44,135 nucleotides of DNA, taken from the IMG/VR virus record IMGVR_UViG_3300034069_000450, positions 1 through 44,135 of that record; one strand, 5' to 3'. How positions within the stretch are numbered: the first letter of the stretch is position 1; every line of letters starts with the position of its first letter. Under the pieces are notes generated by a model. That model worked only from the letters and a program-made list of their open reading frames with translations. It ran no database searches and was not told the DNA's origin. Source of the DNA: a virus. Shown here in pieces: positions 39,484 through 44,135 of this stretch. The translations under genes and the position numbers were made by a program.

Positions 39484-40383
39484 TCAGACGCCCTGCGAGC
39501 CGAAGATGGCGCGATAGTCGGACCAGCCGGCAGCGTACCGCTCGGTGGCCTTGGCCTTCACGTTCTCGGTATCGAAGTCGTCCGCCTTCTGAAGCTCGAT
39601 CGCTCGGCGCTTCATGGTCAGCAGGCCGTTCGGCGCATTGGTCAGCAGGAACCAAGCGTCGAGATCGGTCAGATAGGGATTGGCCACCACCTCAGGCGCG
39701 ATGCCCATCGCGCGAATGGCGTTGGTATCGTTGTTCGGCGTGCCCACCCGCATGGTGGACTTGAGGATGCGCGTCGCGTTAAACAGCTCGCTCGGATGAA
39801 TGACGAGCTTGGTCGCACGAAGCACGATCGGCAGGCCACGTGCGTTCTTCGCAGCCCACATGAGCTTGAACGCATCCTCAATCGAGGACTCGGACAGGTC
39901 GGCGTCCGCAACCTTGTTCGACTGAAGACCGCCGCGAGTCGGGTGCGCGTCACTGATGAGCGACACGCCATCGGCGCCACGGTAGTTGGCGTCGAACGCA
40001 CGATTGAGGATGTTCGCATGGACCGTCTCCTTCGTCGCCTGCATGGAGAAGGACAGCGCCTTCGCCCGGTTCTGGCTGACGTAGGTGTACTGGTCGTCCT
40101 CGATCTCCTCGCGAGTTACGATGTAGCCGAGGCCGTAGGTGACGTTCGTGTACCGCGACTTCGGGCCTTCGCCGTCCGTGTCGTACTCGATCGACTGCCC
40201 TTCGGACTTCCGCTTGGCCATGCCGAATCCGGTAGCCTCGCTGATCTCCTCGTACGCCTTGTCCGAAGTCTGCTCCTCGAACATCTGCGTGTAGAGCGGA
40301 TCCCACTTTTCGTAGGTGAGGCCGAAGAACGACTTGACCCCCGGCCACAGCGTCGAGGGATGGGTTGCGCGCGTGATAAGCAT
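39484..40383 (-). CDS. Major capsid protein (HK97-fold type)
   Basis: 299 aa, located after the scaffold and accessory genes. Segments such as GLGYIVTREEIEDD and DAWFLLTNAPNGL are typical of HK97-like MCPs. Confidence 0.7.
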   Translation of the reverse strand: MLITRATHPSTLWPGVKSFFGLTYEKWDPLYTQMFEEQTSDKAYEEISEATGFGMAKRKSEGQSIEYDTDGEGPKSRYTNVTYGLGYIVTREEIEDDQYTYVSQNRAKALSFSMQATKETVHANILNRAFDANYRGADGVSLISDAHPTRGGLQSNKVADADLSESSIEDAFKLMWAAKNARGLPIVLRATKLVIHPSELFNATRILKSTMRVGTPNNDTNAIRAMGIAPEVVANPYLTDLDAWFLLTNAPNGLLTMKRRAIELQKADDFDTENVKAKATERYAAGWSDYRAIFGSQGV

Positions 40384-40397
40384 TGGTCAGCCCTCCC

Positions 40398-40973
40398 TTA
40401 AAGGCCAGTGGAGCCGGCAGCCGGCGTCTCGGTGGTCTGGTTGATGCGGACGAGAACGACGGCGTACTGGCCGAAGTCGTTATCCGGGCGGCGTGCCAGG
40501 CCCATGATGCGGACCTGAAGGGTGGCAGTCGTGGTCATCGACGCCGTGTCGAGCATCCATCCCGACATGCCGTAAGCGTTGCCTGCGGTGCCTGCGATCA
40601 GGTTAGCGTTGGCGCCGATGTCGCCGACCGCAACGACGCCGTTTGCCTGCACTTCGTAGAGCAGATCTGGATCGTGCTCGACAAAAGCATGCACGGCGTT
40701 GCCCGCAGCGCGAAAACCGGCCGCGACGATCGCAGGGTTGGGAGTAAAGCCGACGACGGCACCGGTGATGCGATTGCCGGCGCCCGCCGTGGCCAGCGTG
40801 GCGGACGGAGTACCGTCAGTGTCAGCGCTGCCGGAAAGAACCACGGGATCACCGCGATAGACGACGGAAGTATCGGCGGCGAGAAGCGCGAACGGGTCAG
40901 CCCCGTCATTGAAAGGCGCGCTCGACGCCGACCGAACGGGCTTCAGCCCGAAGGGTGCGTTTGCGTTAGGCAT
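40398..40973 (-). CDS. Capsid-associated (decoration-like) protein (191 aa)
   Basis: Immediately upstream of the MCP gene, with a Gly/Ala/Thr-rich beta-type sequence. The call is based on position. Confidence 0.3.
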   Translation of the reverse strand: MPNANAPFGLKPVRSASSAPFNDGADPFALLAADTSVVYRGDPVVLSGSADTDGTPSATLATAGAGNRITGAVVGFTPNPAIVAAGFRAAGNAVHAFVEHDPDLLYEVQANGVVAVGDIGANANLIAGTAGNAYGMSGWMLDTASMTTTATLQVRIMGLARRPDNDFGQYAVVLVRINQTTETPAAGSTGL

Positions 40974-40985
40974 GGTGCCTGTACC

Positions 40986-41447
40986 TCATGGAGAGAAAGT
41001 GGCGGAACCGATCCTGTTACCCGAGACGGCGAAGCGCATGTCTGCGCCCGCAACGTCGCGGCCCTCGGGATCGACGGGAGCGCCTTGCAGCGCCTGAGAC
41101 TCCACCTCGCGTCGCCGCACATCCTTGCGAGCCTGATCGTCCGCGTCGTATTCGCGGGGCTTCATGAGGAGGTGCGCCATGATCGGCTTACCGTGTTCAT
41201 CGGTGCCGACAGGTCGCGGTTCGATACCAGGCACCTTGTCCCAGTCGTCGCGTTCGGTGGCGTTGTAGATGCGAGGACCAACGTCATTGAACCAGCGCAG
41301 ACGATGCGATTGACCGTATTCCGCCTCGATCGTCGGCGGCACGGCAAGCTTCATGTCCATCGACTGGTCGAGCGTGCCGTCCATCCGACGACGACGCTGA
41401 GTCGTTTCCTCACCCGCGCGATCCCGCGCCTGCGTTCCCTGCGCCAT
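40986..41447 (-). CDS. Hypothetical head-module protein (153 aa)
   Basis: ORF track. TGATG junction with the scaffold gene. Confidence 0.45.
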   Translation of the reverse strand: MAQGTQARDRAGEETTQRRRRMDGTLDQSMDMKLAVPPTIEAEYGQSHRLRWFNDVGPRIYNATERDDWDKVPGIEPRPVGTDEHGKPIMAHLLMKPREYDADDQARKDVRRREVESQALQGAPVDPEGRDVAGADMRFAVSGNRIGSATFSP

Positions 41448-42241
41448 CAGGCTGTCTGCTCCTCGTAATAGACCTTGGCGTAATCCTCCAAAGTCTTGAC
41501 CATGCCGCGCTTAAGGAAATCGCTGCCGGCCCGCTGCGCTTCGGCAGGGAGGGTGGCGAATGTTTTGGCAGCGGGACGGGTTTGCGCGGCGCGAGTCTCC
41601 GGGGCGCTCACGGCCGGGGCCGGCTTTGCGGGCTGACGTTGGCCATGGAATAGCTGTGGAAAGTCGGATCGCACGGCATCTTCGGCCATGCGGAGCTGCT
41701 CGTCAGGGGTGATGCCCCGCGCAGCCGCTTCGGCGGTGATGCTCTGAGCCAGCGCAGTGGCGGCGCGGTTCTGACCGTACCAGCCACCGTTGCGCTGCAT
41801 GAAATCGTTGATGGCCGGGGCGGGGGCGTTGGCCTCCGAAGGCTGATCCAGCCGCGCCAATTCCTCGCGCGCTGCACGGGCGCCCTCATGGTCCTTGGCC
41901 TCAACCGCGCCGGCGAACCGCTCTTCGGCCTCGCGCCGCGCATTCTCGATCTCGCGGCGCATGACGGTCTCGGATACGCGGCCGATGCGATCGACCGTCG
42001 ACTTGAGTTCGCGCACCTCACGAGTGGCGTCCCGACCGCGCTCCATGCCGTAGGCGATGAAGTCCTTGGGCTCGCGCCAATCCTCGGGCTTGCCGCGCCA
42101 TTCTTCCTTAGGGGACCAGCCGCGTTCACGGGCGAAGTCCTCGAAAGGGTCAGGTGCGCGCTGCTCAACCTGCTGCTCAAGCGCTTCGGCTTGCTCGACA
42201 GCACCCTGTTCCTGTTCGACGTTTTCTACCAGTTCGGTCAT
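41447..42241 (-). CDS. Scaffolding protein
   Basis: 264 aa, highly charged and helical (EQEQGAVEQAEALEQQVEQ...). It lies between the portal region and the MCP. Confidence 0.5.
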   Translation of the reverse strand: MTELVENVEQEQGAVEQAEALEQQVEQRAPDPFEDFARERGWSPKEEWRGKPEDWREPKDFIAYGMERGRDATREVRELKSTVDRIGRVSETVMRREIENARREAEERFAGAVEAKDHEGARAAREELARLDQPSEANAPAPAINDFMQRNGGWYGQNRAATALAQSITAEAAARGITPDEQLRMAEDAVRSDFPQLFHGQRQPAKPAPAVSAPETRAAQTRPAAKTFATLPAEAQRAGSDFLKRGMVKTLEDYAKVYYEEQTA

Positions 42242-42284
42242 CGGACCCCTCGCATGATCGTGGCGAGGTATGACCTGTCCGGTC

Positions 42285-42303
42285 GCGCCTAAATACTAGG
42301 CGC
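42285..42303 (-). promoter_or_regulatory. CGCCTAGTATT motif copy 4 (42292-42302) embedded in the hairpin GCGCCTA-GTATT-TAGGCGC
   Basis: Exact 11-mer. Here it forms a 7-bp stem with a 5-nt loop, directly after stop 42304-42306 and 50 nt before scaffold ATG 42241. Confidence 0.5.
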
Positions 42304-42816
42304 TTACGCTGGTCGCGTGTAAAAAAGGAACGTCATTCCAACGATGGCTTCAGTCCCGTTCAGGCCGCCACCGGCCCCGCCAATCCCGTAGATGAGGCGG
42401 TTGCCCGGTGCGATTACGACGATATCCTTGATCCGCTTTTCTTCGTAGTTGGCCGGCACGAACCCCGCGCTGCTGATCGTACCGCTGGCGGGCGTGGTGC
42501 TGAGGATATGGCGAAAAGTGCCGATGGATGCTGCCCCGCCAGTGATCCGGTTGTTGATCGTGACAGATGTGCCGCCGGTCGGTACTGTGGCCGTCGTAGC
42601 ATAGCGTCGATATTGCAGCGGCATGTTCGCCGAGAATACTCGCGCCGTCATGACGAAGTTGACCCCAGAACCCGCCGGGTTTGTCAGTTCAGCGACGAAA
42701 GCATTGCCGCTCGGCACCGTGACGAGGCCGGTGCTGACGGTAAAGCCAGCACCCTCGAAAACGCGCTGGTCCTCATAAGACGGGTCAATCCCGCCCATAC
42801 CCGACACATCAGCCAT
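42304..42816 (-). CDS. Hypothetical virion-module protein (170 aa, Gly/Thr-rich)
   Basis: ORF track. Confidence 0.5.
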   Translation of the reverse strand: MADVSGMGGIDPSYEDQRVFEGAGFTVSTGLVTVPSGNAFVAELTNPAGSGVNFVMTARVFSANMPLQYRRYATTATVPTGGTSVTINNRITGGAASIGTFRHILSTTPASGTISSAGFVPANYEEKRIKDIVVIAPGNRLIYGIGGAGGGLNGTEAIVGMTFLFYTRPA

Positions 42817-42817
42817 G

Positions 42818-43447
42818 TCAGAATAGCTCCACGTAAGACGCGGTGAAAGCGGACGCTCCGACCGCGAACACGGCAGCAGCGGTGTCGAGGGTCACTGCGC
42901 CGCCTGCCGCCACATACATTCCCGTCCCTGTCGTGATACCTGCGGCACCGACATAGAACACGGTCGACGTGGTGGGCGTGATCGTCACCTTCTGTCGTCC
43001 CGCGCGTGCAGGAACCACCTGCGTTGCGGTAGTGCCGACCGCCACCTGGCCGGTGGAGATGCCAACGCCGCCCTTGCCAATAACATAGGCACCGGCAAGA
43101 CTGCCCGGTGCTGCTACAGTATCGTTCCCGTTCCCGGTGTAGAGACGAGGAATGACCGAAAGCGCGTAAGGGTTGGGGTCACCAGGGGCTTGCAACATGC
43201 CCTCGAAGACTGCCAAACTTGGCGCAACGCCGGTGCGGTATGCGCGAACCGCTACAGGGAAGGCCTCCCCATTACTTGCCGGCGTCACCGACTGCGACGA
43301 AGCGGCGGGCTGGGGGCCGGATGCGCCGCCCACCGGGTTATTGTTGGCATCGACCAGCCGCGCGCTCGCGATAAAAGCCGAACGCCCATCACCCATGTCA
43401 ACGCGAGTGCCGACTTGACGATCGCCTTCGCGGAACGTGTCAACCAT
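42818..43447 (-). CDS. Hypothetical virion-module protein (209 aa, Gly/Ala/Thr-rich)
   Basis: Starts at MVDTFREGD (ATG 43447), overlapping the GroES-like stop. The track's extension to 43588 is antiparallel noise over the GroES-like gene. Confidence 0.5.
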   Translation of the reverse strand: MVDTFREGDRQVGTRVDMGDGRSAFIASARLVDANNNPVGGASGPQPAASSQSVTPASNGEAFPVAVRAYRTGVAPSLAVFEGMLQAPGDPNPYALSVIPRLYTGNGNDTVAAPGSLAGAYVIGKGGVGISTGQVAVGTTATQVVPARAGRQKVTITPTTSTVFYVGAAGITTGTGMYVAAGGAVTLDTAAAVFAVGASAFTASYVELF

Positions 43448-43784
43448 CGGACGCCTCCTCGTAAATGCCGGCAATGTCCTTGTCGCGGCAGATGCGGTAC
43501 TCGTTGCCGTCCGCGCCAATGATGAGCGAGCCAGCGTAACGGCCGAACAGCACGACATCGCCGACCTTGCCGGCGTGGTCCACGCCATCCGCGAACGACC
43601 AAGCGAGCGGGGATTGCGCTACGATACGCCCGCGCTGCGTCGCGATCTGGTCCGTCTCCTGCTTCGCTTGAGGTAGGAAGATACCGCCCTTCGTCTTCTC
43701 CTCGATCTTCTCGGGAGCGACGATAACGTAGTATTCGACCGGGCGGATGCCGGGCTTGCAATCGGCGAGGCTAGGCAGGGTCAT
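43440..43784 (-). CDS. GroES/Cpn10-like co-chaperonin
   Basis: IRPVEYYVIVAPEKIEEKTKGGIFLP (mobile-loop region) and KVGDVVLFGRYAG...YRICRDKDIAGIYE align with GroES along its whole length. Confidence 0.75.
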   Translation of the reverse strand: MTLPSLADCKPGIRPVEYYVIVAPEKIEEKTKGGIFLPQAKQETDQIATQRGRIVAQSPLAWSFADGVDHAGKVGDVVLFGRYAGSLIIGADGNEYRICRDKDIAGIYEEASDG

Positions 43785-44007
43785 GCGCGTTCATCCATTC
43801 TTCGTAAGTACGATCAGCGACGGTGAAGATGGTCGCTGATCTCGTGCGAAGTTCAGCAAGCTGTTCCGCATCAGCGCGTCCGTCGAACCATGAGATTTGC
43901 AGCCACTGGTCGCGAAGATCACTGGCCTCCCCCTTGGATTGATCGAAGACCCAGCGCGTCACCGGGTCCGCCTGCCACGCCTGGAACTCCTCCTGCGAAG
44001 GGGTCAT
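43771..44007 (-). CDS. Hypothetical protein (78 aa)
   Basis: ORF track. Its 5' 89 nt overlap the portal C-terminus in another frame. Confidence 0.4.
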   Translation of the reverse strand: MTPSQEEFQAWQADPVTRWVFDQSKGEASDLRDQWLQISWFDGRADAEQLAELRTRSATIFTVADRTYEEWMNAHDPA

Positions 44008-44135
44008 CGTTGGCTCCCATCATGAAACCGGCCTCCGCCGCAGCCTTCAAAGCGTCGGCTTGTGCCTTGGCGCCTTGGGCTTGATTGCGGCCCGTCTCGC
44101 TTTGTGTTTTCTCAAGTTCGGCCTGCGCACCGGCC
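43919..44135 (-). CDS. Portal protein, C-terminal end (continuation of 1..2012 across the circular junction)
   Basis: The frame is carried over (43994 = 2 mod 3). The in-frame TGA is at 43921-43919. The tail reads ...AAEAGFMMGANDDPFAGGVPGVAGGPGDALGLRSIQGGGQ. Confidence 0.7.
   Translation of the reverse strand, partial: AGAQAELEKTQSETGRNQAQGAKAQADALKAAAEAGFMMGANDDPFAGGVPGVAGGPGDALGLRSIQGGGQ
43995..44135. repeat. Terminal overlap copy B (identical to 1..141)
   Basis: Exact identity with the window start. Confidence 0.97.

Larger units (their letters stand above)
1..43994. mobile_element. Complete genome unit of a temperate podovirus-like dsDNA phage (circularly closed contig, 43,994 bp)
   Basis: The window ends overlap exactly by 141 bp. 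There is one copy each of the CI/Cro switch, replication, recombination, integrase plus attP-like site, terminase, portal, capsid, tail, ejection and lysis modules. No host housekeeping genes are present. Confidence 0.85.

Overview
The window is a circularly closed genome of a temperate, podovirus-like dsDNA phage. The first 141 bp are identical to the last 141 bp, so the unit length is 43,994 bp. It is GC-rich, which suggests an alphaproteobacterial host, but that is inference only.

Layout:
- A CI/Cro-type switch sits at 10.4-11.3 kb.
- The minus-strand arm runs from 10627 down through position 1 and wraps to 24865. In order it carries a Cro-like gene, early genes, a VRR-NUC nuclease, a Toprim primase/RecA-type helicase, a repeat-rich regulatory gap, terS, a terL split into two ORFs, the portal (which crosses the window junction), a GroES-like gene, scaffold, major capsid, two beta-helix tailspike/fibre genes, a tail hub, ejection proteins and a lysis cassette.
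- The plus-strand arm (10716 to 24430) carries the CI-like repressor, small ORFs, a YqaJ-exonuclease/DnaQ-exonuclease/RecT recombination module, a putative 7-deazaguanine DNA-modification module (QueD-like plus DpdA-like plus a PAPS-reductase-like protein), a tyrosine integrase with an attP-like region, and a lower-GC accessory island (RHH regulator, orphan DNA methyltransferase, HAD phosphatase, small membrane peptides).

Most interesting signals:
1. A plus-strand secreted 'moron' inside the ejection/tail module copies the N-terminal motif of an ejection protein. It is a candidate superinfection-exclusion decoy.
2. The heptamer TGCCGCA forms the palindromic operators of the switch and also a dense 8-copy array with a long hairpin between the helicase gene and the late genes.
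3. The 11-mer CGCCTAGTATT occurs four times, only in late-gene orientation. It is a candidate late promoter or RNA signal.
4. The DNA-modification module appears to cover only part of the pathway.
5. A Mnt/Arc-like second immunity region lies next to attP.
6. A near-consensus promoter points antisense into the lysis cassette.

All functional calls come from motif recognition by eye; no database search was possible.
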